Shown here: piece by piece, positions 41,115 through 50,161 of the stretch | Position numbering within the stretch: position 1 is the stretch's first letter | Layout: every line of letters starts with the position of its first letter | Origin: Archaeoglobaceae archaeon | Lineage (GTDB): Archaea; Halobacteriota; Archaeoglobi; Archaeoglobales; Archaeoglobaceae | Length of the DNA: 64,000 nt | Direction of reading: 5' to 3' | Assembly (NCBI GenBank): GCA_027036775.1 | Contig: JALWDS010000044.1 | Span: 6,260-70,259, forward strand | The notes under the pieces: model-generated | What the model was told of the DNA's origin: nothing | Databases searched by the model: none | Seen by the model: the letters and a program-made list of their open reading frames with translations, nothing else | Made by a program: the position numbers and the translations under genes

Positions 41115-42128
41115 GTGAAGATAGTTGAGGAGAACTTGAGGGGCAAGAAGGGGGAGATAAAGCTTATCCCGGAGAGCTTGGACGATCTTTGGCATCTGAA
41201 ATACATAATAGAACCCAAGGATGTAGTTTACTCTTGGACCAAGAGGGTAAGAGAAAGTAATGACAAGCTCAGGAGCGACAAGGAGAAGGTTACCGTAAGA
41301 CTGGGGGTGGAGGTCGAGAAGGTCGAGTTTCACAGATTTGCGAACAGGTTGAGGATAACTGGAAAAATAGTCGAGGGAGTTGAGGATTCCGGCTATCACA
41401 CACTGAACATCACCGTAGGCAAGGAGTTGAGCGTGATCAAGGAGTGGAAGGACGAGCAGTTGAAGAGGTTGAAGATTGCAACTCAAAAAAGGCCAGAGGT
41501 TGTCATAGTTACGATTGAGGAGGGTGAGGCCGTAGTTGGAATAGTTAGGGAGTGGGGAGTTGAGGAGGTTTTCGACGTTAGGAGGAGCTACGGAAAGGAG
41601 AGCGGTGAAAGGATGGAGTTCTTCCACGAAGTTATGAGACAGCTTGAGAGCTTGGAATTCAACTACTTGGTCGTTGCTGGCCCGGGATTTACGAAGGAGG
41701 ACTTTGCAAAGTTTTTGAAGGAGAAAAAGCCGGAATGGAAGGTTTTGACGAGCGACGCATCCACGATTGGCGTTAGGGGGTTTGTCGAGGTCGTTAAGAG
41801 GGGGATTTTGGATAGGATTGGAAGGGAGGTGAGGTTAAAGGAGGAGGCGGAGTATGTAGAGAGATTGCTGGAGGGAATTGCCAAGGGTGAAAGGGCCACT
41901 TACGGGCTTGAAGATGTGAAAAGGGCCTACGAATACGGAGCGATAGATGTTTTGCTCGTAGCGGATGAGTTTTTGAGGGAGGAGAGGGAGAGGTGGGATA
42001 TAGACGGCTTTTTGAGAGAAGTCGAGAGTATGGGTGGTAAAATCGTTATCGTCAGTTCCGAATTCGAACCGGGAAGGATTCTGATGAGTCTGGGTGGGAT
42101 CGGAGCTCTGCTTAGGTTTTCCATTTAG
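41115..42128 (+). CDS. pelA: Pelota (mRNA surveillance / ribosome rescue factor)
   Basis: GTG start. KLIPESLDDLWHLKYII N-domain and an eRF1-like C-domain (AGPGFTKEDF). Confidence 0.9.
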   Translation: MKIVEENLRGKKGEIKLIPESLDDLWHLKYIIEPKDVVYSWTKRVRESNDKLRSDKEKVTVRLGVEVEKVEFHRFANRLRITGKIVEGVEDSGYHTLNITVGKELSVIKEWKDEQLKRLKIATQKRPEVVIVTIEEGEAVVGIVREWGVEEVFDVRRSYGKESGERMEFFHEVMRQLESLEFNYLVVAGPGFTKEDFAKFLKEKKPEWKVLTSDASTIGVRGFVEVVKRGILDRIGREVRLKEEAEYVERLLEGIAKGERATYGLEDVKRAYEYGAIDVLLVADEFLREERERWDIDGFLREVESMGGKIVIVSSEFEPGRILMSLGGIGALLRFSI

Positions 42129-45034
42129 GTTGTCGGTAGATAGCCGACTACCACCTCGTCGAGTATCGGAGTCTCAGTGTTGTCGGTGGTGTTTAGGTAA
42201 ACCATCCATTGGACGTATCTACCAACGACGTTCTTTGAAGTTAGATCGAAGGTTTTTCCATCGCTCGCGTAACCGACGAATATCCAATTGGGTGTCGAGT
42301 CGTTGGGATCGAAGGATTGGTTGCTCGCCCTAACGTAGAAGCTCATCTCCGTTGATGCGGGAAGCGATCCGTTCCACTGTAGGAAGTAGATTGTGGAGTT
42401 CTGCCCCAAGTCTTCAACGTAGGATTTAACGTATCCGTTCGTCGAGTAGTTCGGGGTTTGTTCTCCGCCCACGCTCACGGTCGGTTCCGTATCAGCTTTC
42501 TTCCTCGGCCAAAACATTATGCTGTTGTGGTTGTTCCAGTTCGATGCGGATTCATCGTCGGACGTGGTAATGAGGGTGTAATGCGTTCCGTCACCGTAAC
42601 TGACACCTATCACTGGTGTGTCGTCTGTTGATGAATAACCTCTTATGCTACCGTAGTCGAACCTAATCAAACCGTTTTGATACAGAACGACCGCAAAGTT
42701 TTGCTCACCGTTGTATGATCCAAACCCAACCCAGTAATAAAAGGTCGTGTGCCACCTTATGTAAACTCCGCTACCGAACTCGTCGGAGTAGCTTGAATTT
42801 ACGTAGATGTCGTATCCACTAATATCGGTTCTCAGATCCGCCCAAAACGGAGCTATCATGTTCCTGCTCGTAAGCTCGTTTACGTAGCTCGACCAATCTG
42901 CCGAATTGTATTGACCGACGTAACCGTTACTGCACACGTATATCGTGTTGTATGCCGTTGAGTAGAACGGGAAGGAAAACGGTAAATCTAACGTCCAGAC
43001 CGCATCATCACCGTTCCAATTCATGGCGGTTCCCGTTGTCGTAAAGAGTTGGGAGGGCATGTACCACGGCTCGTAGTATATCGTGTAGCCTGTCCCGTCA
43101 CTTGCCGGTAGTTGCGTCATAACCTTCGTTAAACCGTAATGAGTTGAGTCAAATGTCGCATTTGGGTTACCGTAATACATGTAGATAGTTTTGTTCTCGC
43201 TTGCATTTATCAACGGCACTTTAACCCAAATTATCGCCTGCTGATTCACGGAATCCCACTCTTCTATCCAGTAGTTTAAGAGGGTTACGCCGTCCGAATC
43301 AGTAAACCTCACGTCGCTTCCGTCTGGGTTTGCCTTTGAGAAATCGAAGTTCGTAGAATCTAAAACGACCTTGATCTGGTAGTCCGTTAAGGTGTTACCC
43401 GAATTCTCCTGAACGTATATGGGTCTTCTGTAACTCCATCCTACAAGCCAATTCGATGATGGCTTGAGTGTAACGTAGGCGTCTCCACCCGTTTCGTTCA
43501 TCACGGTCGTGTTGAACAGGTAACACCTGCTAAAGTTCAGGTAGTCCGAAACAATCCAAACCAGGGTCTTGTAAGCCTTAACCACTGCGGTATCTCCGGA
43601 GAACCATGAGAGGACGTAGGCCTGAATTAGCTTGAGGTAACTACCACCGAATACTGTATCGTTGACAGTTAGATTCGAGGAAACCCAGCCACTATCGTTC
43701 GTTTGGCTTTCGCTGGGATTGAAAGATGCGTTTTCCAAGCTCTGATCCGTAGCGAATTGGACGTTCACGCCGACAACCTTGGGAGTAGTGTAGGCCCTCA
43801 TCTCCAAGCTCTTTTGAGTTTCCCAAGGCATAAACGTTAGAACGTATTCGTGATTCTCCCATTGAATCGTGTATGGAGTTGTGACGTTTCCTCCAGCGGT
43901 TGGAGTAACCGTTACGTTGTAAACGACCGTCAATCCGTCACACGTGAACTTCACTTCACCGGATAGGGTTGTTGACGTCCTATCAACTGCGTCGAATCTC
44001 ACGTAAAACTCTCCGTTTTGGTCGGTGTAACCGCTCGTTTTGTCAACAGTTCCTATACCACCCGAAACATCTACGCTAACGGAGGCGTTGCTTAAAGGAT
44101 TCAAAAATCTGTCCAAAACTCTAACTCCCAAAACAACGCTTTGACCGGGGGACACTACGATTGGATCAACGTCTTTGTATTCTCCGACCTTCACCATGTA
44201 TTTCGGATTCAACTTCTCAAACGTTACGCCTTCGTAGGATGAAACCGTCGTATGGAAACCCTTCAAAATGTAGAGGTAGTAGAATTTGACGTTGACGTCG
44301 TTCAACTGGACTGAAACCTTATAGTTTCCGTTCTCTTCAACTATCGTCGGTGAGTAACCCATACTCCTTAAAGTTCTCTCCCAATAGTTTGGAAACTTGG
44401 TGTAGAACTCAACGTTCACGTTTTGAACGTGAAGACCTCTAACACCTTTTGGAGTTGAAACGGGAACTACTATGAGATTTACGGGTCTGTTCGAGCTGAA
44501 GGAGTTGAACGTGGCGTTTATTATGTAAACGTTCAGAAATCCTTTGCCGAACGTCTTCTGATCGCTCAAGGTCCAATTTATTCTACCTACGACCTTGAAA
44601 ATTGCTGTGTTTTCGTAAACCAATTTAGCATTGGGAAAGGCAAAGTAGTTCAGAGTTATGTTTATCCTCGAACTCGTTTCGTTTAAAACGAAATCTCTAC
44701 CATCTACTTTGAATCCAGAAACGTTTATCCAAAACCTCTCAACCGAAATCGAACAGGCCCTACTTTGAGGTGTCAAAAGGAAGGGATACTTCGGATACTC
44801 AACGCCTAAATCTAAAGAAACCGAAGAAAGCTCTCCCTCAGTAATAACGCTATCGAGAGAGTATAGCTCTTGAGTGACTTTGTTTTCGTGTTTGAGCTCG
44901 ACATCCTTCAAAATCGAGGGAACGAGTCTGGTCTGAACTACCGCGAGGAAGATCATGCCTATGAGCATGAGCAGAATGAAACCCAAGAGGACCGAAACTC
45001 CCTTCGAGTTCACGAATAAAGTTGAACGGTTCAA
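42125..45034 (-). CDS. Large cell-surface protein with a class III (pilin-like) signal peptide, Ig-like repeats and a DUF2341-like domain
   Basis: 969 aa. N-terminus NSKG/VSVLLGFILLMLIGMIFLAVV. Central Big-like segment (VVSPGQSVVLGVRVLDRFLNPLSNASVSV). YRRPIYVQENSGNTLTDYQIKVVLDS...DVRFTDSDG...YWIEEWD is typical of DUF2341. No C-terminal anchor. Confidence 0.7.
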   Translation of the reverse strand: MNRSTLFVNSKGVSVLLGFILLMLIGMIFLAVVQTRLVPSILKDVELKHENKVTQELYSLDSVITEGELSSVSLDLGVEYPKYPFLLTPQSRACSISVERFWINVSGFKVDGRDFVLNETSSRINITLNYFAFPNAKLVYENTAIFKVVGRINWTLSDQKTFGKGFLNVYIINATFNSFSSNRPVNLIVVPVSTPKGVRGLHVQNVNVEFYTKFPNYWERTLRSMGYSPTIVEENGNYKVSVQLNDVNVKFYYLYILKGFHTTVSSYEGVTFEKLNPKYMVKVGEYKDVDPIVVSPGQSVVLGVRVLDRFLNPLSNASVSVDVSGGIGTVDKTSGYTDQNGEFYVRFDAVDRTSTTLSGEVKFTCDGLTVVYNVTVTPTAGGNVTTPYTIQWENHEYVLTFMPWETQKSLEMRAYTTPKVVGVNVQFATDQSLENASFNPSESQTNDSGWVSSNLTVNDTVFGGSYLKLIQAYVLSWFSGDTAVVKAYKTLVWIVSDYLNFSRCYLFNTTVMNETGGDAYVTLKPSSNWLVGWSYRRPIYVQENSGNTLTDYQIKVVLDSTNFDFSKANPDGSDVRFTDSDGVTLLNYWIEEWDSVNQQAIIWVKVPLINASENKTIYMYYGNPNATFDSTHYGLTKVMTQLPASDGTGYTIYYEPWYMPSQLFTTTGTAMNWNGDDAVWTLDLPFSFPFYSTAYNTIYVCSNGYVGQYNSADWSSYVNELTSRNMIAPFWADLRTDISGYDIYVNSSYSDEFGSGVYIRWHTTFYYWVGFGSYNGEQNFAVVLYQNGLIRFDYGSIRGYSSTDDTPVIGVSYGDGTHYTLITTSDDESASNWNNHNSIMFWPRKKADTEPTVSVGGEQTPNYSTNGYVKSYVEDLGQNSTIYFLQWNGSLPASTEMSFYVRASNQSFDPNDSTPNWIFVGYASDGKTFDLTSKNVVGRYVQWMVYLNTTDNTETPILDEVVVGYLPTT

Positions 45035-45048
45035 ATAAAAAAATATCG

Positions 45049-45258
45049 TTATCCACCCGATATGACCCTCATAACGGTTATCTCCCCCTCTTCGACGAAA
45101 TCGTCCACGGGAACGGGTTTGCCATCTTTAACGACGACGACCGTTTCGGGATTTATACCCAACCTCTTGAGGAGATCGTGGTATCTCATCCCTTTCTCAA
45201 CCTCAACCTCTTCAAAATCTTTCTCGAAACCGCCCAAAAATCTAATCTTGACCCTCAT
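45049..45258 (-). CDS. MoaD/ThiS-family ubiquitin-like small protein (SAMP-like)
   Basis: 69 aa ending in a diglycine (VMRVISGG). Confidence 0.75.
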   Translation of the reverse strand: MRVKIRFLGGFEKDFEEVEVEKGMRYHDLLKRLGINPETVVVVKDGKPVPVDDFVEEGEITVMRVISGG

Positions 45259-45418
45259 CTTCCTTCAAAACCTCATCCGCAACCTTTTCCAAATCCGTCT
45301 TGGGATTCTTTGCGTCTTCCTTGAGTTCTTCAAGTTCTTCAAGTATCTCCTTCTCCTCCTTCAGCTTCTCCTTTTCCAAGCCCTTGTTCTTCCAAGACTT
45401 CCAATCGAATGTTCTCAT
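45242..45418 (-). CDS. Small Glu/Lys-rich hypothetical protein (58 aa)
   Basis: Below the track cutoff. MRTFDWKSWKNKGLEKEKLKEEKEILEELEELKEDAKNPKTDLEKVADEVLKEDEGQD. Overlaps the start of the MoaD-like gene by 17 nt. Confidence 0.35.
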   Translation of the reverse strand: MRTFDWKSWKNKGLEKEKLKEEKEILEELEELKEDAKNPKTDLEKVADEVLKEDEGQD

Positions 45419-45448
45419 GCCCTTAGTTTGTATCGAAGGTTAATAAAC

Positions 45449-46873
45449 TTACTCCTTGATCTCGACACCCAATGCGTTCAGAAACCTCCTCTTTATAGCC
45501 TCTGTAACCAATTTAGCCAGAGCATCTTTATCCGTAACGTCTCCGAATATACCCAAGGGTATCTGTGCTCCCCCAGCGTGGGCATGTCCCCCGGCACTTC
45601 CGACGTCTCCAAAGGCCCTCTTCAAAACCTCACCTATGTTTATCCTCACGTCCTTGTTTCTCGCGGATATGAAGACCTTGTCCTTCAGTATTCCGAAGAC
45701 CAAAACGGTTGAAATCCCCTCCAACCTGAGCAGGAAGTCTGCTGCTTGAGGTAGAACGTCCCTGTTGGTTATGTATCCCGCGAAGGATATGAGGAAGCTT
45801 GAATAAATCTGTCTGTTCTTTATTGCGGTGGCCAAAACGTCCAAGGTTTCCGTTGATATGGCCGGTCCTTCCATCTTCTCTATCAACTCGTGATCTACGA
45901 AGGGATAGAGGAATGCTGAGGCTAAGAAATCCGCCGTCCTCGCGTTCTTCTTGAAGTCGTTGGTTTCCGTCTTTATCCCGAAGAAGAGGGCTGTTGCCAA
46001 CGTTCTGCTCGGGGTTATTTTCATCTCCTTCAAGTATTCCGTAAGAATCGTTGCACACGCCCCTACATCCGTTCTTATGTCGACGAACTCCGCCTCGACT
46101 TCTTCCGCTGGATGGTGATCTATGACGATGTCTATCTTGATCGTCGGCGGGATGGAGTTGTTCACTCCCGGTTTGGAACAATCCACTATCGCAAACTTGT
46201 CGTATTGGCTTAGGTCAACCTCGTTTGCCTTCAGCATCTCTATCTCGAGGAGGTTGACCATAGCTCTATTTTCCTGATGCATTATGTCGCCGTAGTAAAG
46301 GATGTCCGCATCTACACCGTAGTTCCTCGCGATCTCCTTCAAAGCCAGAGCGGAGGATATGGCATCTGGATCGGGGTTGTCGTGGGTGAATATACCCAAC
46401 CTGACCTTGCAGTTTTCTATAACCTTACCGAGCTTCTTCAACTTTCTAAAAGTGTCCGCCTTCCTGAGAACTTCGAGGACCTTGCTCTTCATAGCTTCGC
46501 TCGGAACTACGACGTAATCCGCCCCCAACTGTTCGAACTCCTCCTTCAACTTCGGGCTCTGGCATCTCGCAACTACGAAGACGTCCTTGCTAATCCCCCT
46601 TATGATTTCCACGGCCCTCTTGTTGGCGTTGGTGTCAGAGGTCAAAATTAAAACCGCCGAAACCTTGCTAAAGTCTATGTTTTCGTAAAGGGTTTCGTCC
46701 GTTGCATCCCCAACTATCGCGTCGTAGTTTTCGTCCCTGAGTATTTCAACCCTCTCTTTCGATAAGTCTATGGCCAAAACCTTCTTACCCTTCTTAACGA
46801 GCTCTCTAACGACGCCAAACCCCGTTGCACCGCAACCTATGACGATGTATTCGTGACTGAACATCTCTTCCAT
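45449..46873 (-). CDS. TrkA-N (NAD-binding) domain fused to a DHH/DHHA1 phosphoesterase
   Basis: Start refined to MEEMFSHEY. IVIGCGATGFGVVREL Rossmann motif, DNPDPDAISSA and DHHP DHH motifs, and a C-terminal GGHAHAGGAQ (DHHA1). Confidence 0.75.
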   Translation of the reverse strand: MEEMFSHEYIVIGCGATGFGVVRELVKKGKKVLAIDLSKERVEILRDENYDAIVGDATDETLYENIDFSKVSAVLILTSDTNANKRAVEIIRGISKDVFVVARCQSPKLKEEFEQLGADYVVVPSEAMKSKVLEVLRKADTFRKLKKLGKVIENCKVRLGIFTHDNPDPDAISSALALKEIARNYGVDADILYYGDIMHQENRAMVNLLEIEMLKANEVDLSQYDKFAIVDCSKPGVNNSIPPTIKIDIVIDHHPAEEVEAEFVDIRTDVGACATILTEYLKEMKITPSRTLATALFFGIKTETNDFKKNARTADFLASAFLYPFVDHELIEKMEGPAISTETLDVLATAIKNRQIYSSFLISFAGYITNRDVLPQAADFLLRLEGISTVLVFGILKDKVFISARNKDVRINIGEVLKRAFGDVGSAGGHAHAGGAQIPLGIFGDVTDKDALAKLVTEAIKRRFLNALGVEIKE

Positions 46874-46913
46874 TTCAGAGAAAGGCTGATAAAGGATATT
46901 TAAATGTAACCTC

Positions 46914-47198
46914 ATGGACTTGAAAGAGTTGAGGGAGATCATAAGGGAGAAATACTACGAGACGGACAAGAGGTCGGGCGAGCTTTTCCTCTTGGCGGTT
47001 CTGTTTGAAGAGGTTGGGGAGTTGGCCGAGGCCGTAAGAAAGAGGGATTTGAAGTCGATAGAGGAGGAGTTGGCCGATGTGCTCTTCATGGTCCTGAGCT
47101 TGGCTAACCTCTTCGACGTCGATGTGGAATCTAAGCTCTTGGAGAAGTTCGTCAGGGACGATCCGAGTTGGAAGTGGGACCTACCAAACAAATTTTAA
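46914..47198 (+). CDS. MazG-like nucleotide pyrophosphohydrolase (small, single domain)
   Basis: EEVGELAEAVRK...EELADVLFMVLSLANLFDVD (EExxE...ExxD motif). Confidence 0.75.
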   Translation: MDLKELREIIREKYYETDKRSGELFLLAVLFEEVGELAEAVRKRDLKSIEEELADVLFMVLSLANLFDVDVESKLLEKFVRDDPSWKWDLPNKF

Positions 47199-47219
47199 TC
47201 GGAGGTGGAATTTTGAAGT

Positions 47220-47660
47220 GTGAAGATCGAGAGGATAGTCGTTTCGGCTGTGGTTTACAGCACCGAAAACAGGGAGAAGGTTGCTACGGCAATGGCTACA
47301 CTGTTTCCCTTCGAATTCGAGATAGTTAGTGTCCCAGCTAAGGGTCACTTCGGAAACCCTATAGAGTATTTGGAGGTGGAGATAACGAGGAAGAGGGACA
47401 TAAAGGAGTTCTGGAACAACTTGATGGAGATTCTGGGCGATCAGAGGAGATACCTCGTAAACACCCTCGAAGAGAGGATAGACGATCAGGGACAGCTCTT
47501 CATAAGGTTCGACAAGCAGAAGGCCTATCTGGGAGAGGTGGTCTTGACCGAAAGCGGAGATGCGGTGGTTGTTAAGGCTAAACTCGTTACCTACCCATCT
47601 AAGAGGGAGAAGATAGTGGAGTTCGCAAGAAAAATCGTAGAGGAGGGGTATGAAGGTTGA
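47220..47660 (+). CDS. UPF0201/COG1931-type putative RNA-binding protein
   Basis: 146 aa with a GTG start. Placed directly upstream of the RNase P p30 gene, overlapping it by 11 nt. Family assignment is tentative. Confidence 0.45.
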   Translation: MKIERIVVSAVVYSTENREKVATAMATLFPFEFEIVSVPAKGHFGNPIEYLEVEITRKRDIKEFWNNLMEILGDQRRYLVNTLEERIDDQGQLFIRFDKQKAYLGEVVLTESGDAVVVKAKLVTYPSKREKIVEFARKIVEEGYEG

Positions 47661-48246
47661 CTTCGTTCGATTCAAACCATCTTTAACTTACGACTACGAC
47701 AACTTCGTCGTCTTCGATGAGAATCCTAAAAATGGTGAATTTTTAAAGGGATACGTTGTCAAAGCGAGAAGTTCGAAGGAGCTCCTTCAAAAGCTTAGAA
47801 GGGCGAAGATGGATTGGTTCGTCGGCGTTGTGGGAGATTTGAACGTTTTGAAGTATGCGGTGATGAGGTGGAGGGTCGATCTGATATTGGACTTCGAAGG
47901 TAGGGTTCTGGACTACTCCTTAATTAAGATGGCGAGGGAGAAGGACGTTGCGATAGAGTTCTCATTTGCGAGGTTTTTGAGGTGTAGGGGTTATGAGAGA
48001 TCAAAGCTATTCGAGGAGGTCGTTGAAACACTCAAGGTAATTAAGAAATTCGATACCCCCTTCGTCTTAACGAGCGGAGCAGAGAACGATTACGAGTTGA
48101 GACCCAAAAGGCAAATACTCGAGTTCTTCGAATACCTGGGTGCGGACGTTGAGAGGGCGGAAAGTTGGATAGAGAGGTTGGTCAGGAGATACACAGATCC
48201 GAACTACATCATGGACGGTTTGGAGATAGTCGGTGAAGACCCTTAA
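47650..48246 (+). CDS. rnp3: Ribonuclease P protein component 3 (Rpp30)
   Basis: TIM-barrel-like pattern VDLILDFE...DVAIEFSFARFL...FVLTSGAENDYELRPKRQ matches archaeal Rpp30. Confidence 0.7.
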   Translation: MKVDFVRFKPSLTYDYDNFVVFDENPKNGEFLKGYVVKARSSKELLQKLRRAKMDWFVGVVGDLNVLKYAVMRWRVDLILDFEGRVLDYSLIKMAREKDVAIEFSFARFLRCRGYERSKLFEEVVETLKVIKKFDTPFVLTSGAENDYELRPKRQILEFFEYLGADVERAESWIERLVRRYTDPNYIMDGLEIVGEDP

Positions 48247-48881
48247 AGGAGCATAATCGCAAACGCCCTTCCCAGTGGAGTCAGCCTTATCCTGACGTTC
48301 TTCCCCTCTCTCTTCATCTCTATCAATCCGTCCTCCTCGAGTCCCTTGAGATGGTAGCTCATCCTCGCCCTCTGAGCCATATACTTTCTGTGGTCTTCTA
48401 TCTTTCCTTCAGTCAGCTCTATCAACCTGTTTATGGATTCAACCTCTCCTCCGTTCTCTTCGATCACCCTTATGAGGTTGGCCTTGTCCTCACCTATCGT
48501 TTTGATCGGTGGAACCTTCAGCTCTATCACGTCGTTCGATACCGCCATGTAGACTCCAGCGTTGGCTATTTGGGCGGACATAACTCCCGCTATGCAGAGC
48601 TCCCTTGGAGCGTCCGATAGGTTCAGGTAAACGGAGTTACCCTCCCCAACCTCCCTCTTTATAACCTTCAGAATCTCCATTAAGGCGGAGTAAACTTCCC
48701 TCTCAACCCTGACCTCTTCAACCTCTATGAAGTTCTTCAAGGCGTTTTTAACATCCTTTATACAGCTCTTATCATCGCAAAACACCAAGTAAGCCTTCTG
48801 AATGGGTTTTCCGCACTCCTTAACGCTTTCGAGCACCACGTCGCACCTCTTATCCACTGGTATTATGTGAACGGTTTTCAT
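48243..48881 (-). CDS. CARF-like N-domain plus winged-HTH transcriptional regulator (Csa3-like architecture)
   Basis: 212 aa. The N-terminal Rossmann-like domain (MKTVHIIPVD...YLNLSDAPRELCIAGVMSA) is followed by a wHTH (SYHLKGLEEDGLIEMKREGKNVRIRLTPLG). Confidence 0.45.
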   Translation of the reverse strand: MKTVHIIPVDKRCDVVLESVKECGKPIQKAYLVFCDDKSCIKDVKNALKNFIEVEEVRVEREVYSALMEILKVIKREVGEGNSVYLNLSDAPRELCIAGVMSAQIANAGVYMAVSNDVIELKVPPIKTIGEDKANLIRVIEENGGEVESINRLIELTEGKIEDHRKYMAQRARMSYHLKGLEEDGLIEMKREGKNVRIRLTPLGRAFAIMLL

Positions 48882-49053
48882 GTTATCTCCGAAATCGTAT
48901 TTGTTATTAAAATTTTCTATAACTATACACGAAAAATTCTCAGAAAAATATTTATTAAATATTTATTTTTAAAATTGACAGTAAAAATTTCAATGGCATC
49001 GTTGCCAAGTTTGACACGGAATCGTTTTTAATAAACCTTGTGGATTCAACCTC

Positions 49054-49869
49054 ATGCTCGCAAAGAGGATCATACCCTGCTTGGACGTGACTTTGAACGA
49101 GAGGGGTGCGATGGTAGTTAAGGGAGTCGAGTTCGTCAATTTGAGAGAAGCTGGAGATCCCGTAGAATTGGCAAAGAGATACGACGAAGAGGGAGCTGAC
49201 GAGCTCGTTTTTTTAGATATAACAGCATCTCCAGAGGGAAGGAGGATGATGATCGACGTCATTGAGAGGACAGCGGAGCAGGTTTTCATACCCTTCACGG
49301 TCGGAGGTGGGATAAGGAGCGTCGAGGACATAAACGCAATTCTGTCGGCTGGAGCGGACAAGGTCAGCATAAACACGTCAGCTGTTAAAAATCCCGAGTT
49401 CGTGAGGGAGGCGAGCGAGATATTCGGAAGTCAGTGCATAGTTATAGCGATAGACTGCAGAAGGAACTACGACCTGAGTAGGGGTGAAAACATCGTTACG
49501 CTTGAAGACGGGAGAAAGGCTTGGTATGAGGTCGTGATATACGGGGGAAGGAAACCCACGGGAATAGACGCCATAAGCTGGGCCAAGAGGGTTGAAGAAC
49601 TCGGAGCTGGAGAGATACTGCTGACTTCGATGAACAGAGACGGGACGAAGTTGGGCTACGACATACCGATAACGAGGGCTATAAGCGAAGCGGTGAACAT
49701 ACCCGTTATCGCATCGGGCGGAGCTGGAAGGCCTGAACACTTCTACGAAGGTTTCGTTGAGGGAAAGGCCGATGCGTGCTTGGCTGCATCCATATTCCAC
49801 TACGGGGAGTATAGCATAGAGGAGATAAAGAGATACTTGGAGGAGAGGGGAATACCCGTGAGGTGGTAA
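49054..49869 (+). CDS. hisF: Imidazole glycerol phosphate synthase cyclase subunit HisF
   Basis: [17 protein letters not shown] and ASGGAG motifs. Confidence 0.92.
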   Translation: MLAKRIIPCLDVTLNERGAMVVKGVEFVNLREAGDPVELAKRYDEEGADELVFLDITASPEGRRMMIDVIERTAEQVFIPFTVGGGIRSVEDINAILSAGADKVSINTSAVKNPEFVREASEIFGSQCIVIAIDCRRNYDLSRGENIVTLEDGRKAWYEVVIYGGRKPTGIDAISWAKRVEELGAGEILLTSMNRDGTKLGYDIPITRAISEAVNIPVIASGGAGRPEHFYEGFVEGKADACLAASIFHYGEYSIEEIKRYLEERGIPVRW

Positions 49870-49870
49870 T

Positions 49871-50161
49871 GTGGAGATAGGGGAGTTCCAGCAACTGATA
49901 AAGAGGCTATACTACGAAAAGGATTTAAAGAGGGGAAAGGAGAAAACACTCCTCTGGTTAGTTGAGGAGGTTGGCGAGTTGGCTGAAGCCGTAAGAAAGA
50001 ACGATTTGAATTCGATTAAGGAGGAGATAGCTGATGTCTTCGCATGGCTCGTTAGCTTGGCGAACCTATACGGTATAGATTTGGAGGAGGCTGTTAAAGA
50101 TAAGTATCCGAACGTCTGCATAAAGTGCGGTAAAGTTCCGTGCGAGTGTGATGAGAGATGA
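49871..50161 (+). CDS. MazG-like nucleotide pyrophosphohydrolase with a C-terminal Cys knuckle (paralog of 46914-47198)
   Basis: GTG start. VEEVGELAEAVRKNDLNSIKEEIADVFAWLVSLANLYGID. Tail is CIKCGKVPCEC. Confidence 0.7.
   Translation: MEIGEFQQLIKRLYYEKDLKRGKEKTLLWLVEEVGELAEAVRKNDLNSIKEEIADVFAWLVSLANLYGIDLEEAVKDKYPNVCIKCGKVPCECDER

Noticed and set aside
41085-41627. 180-aa minus-strand ORF.
   Set aside because: Antisense to pelota. Leu/Pro-rich with no motifs.
45062-46181. ORFs 45062-45712 (+) and 45630-46181 (-, alternative frame).
   Set aside because: The first is a Ser/Leu/Thr-rich shadow of the MoaD-like and DHH genes. The second is an out-of-frame Arg/Gly-rich reading of the DHH gene.
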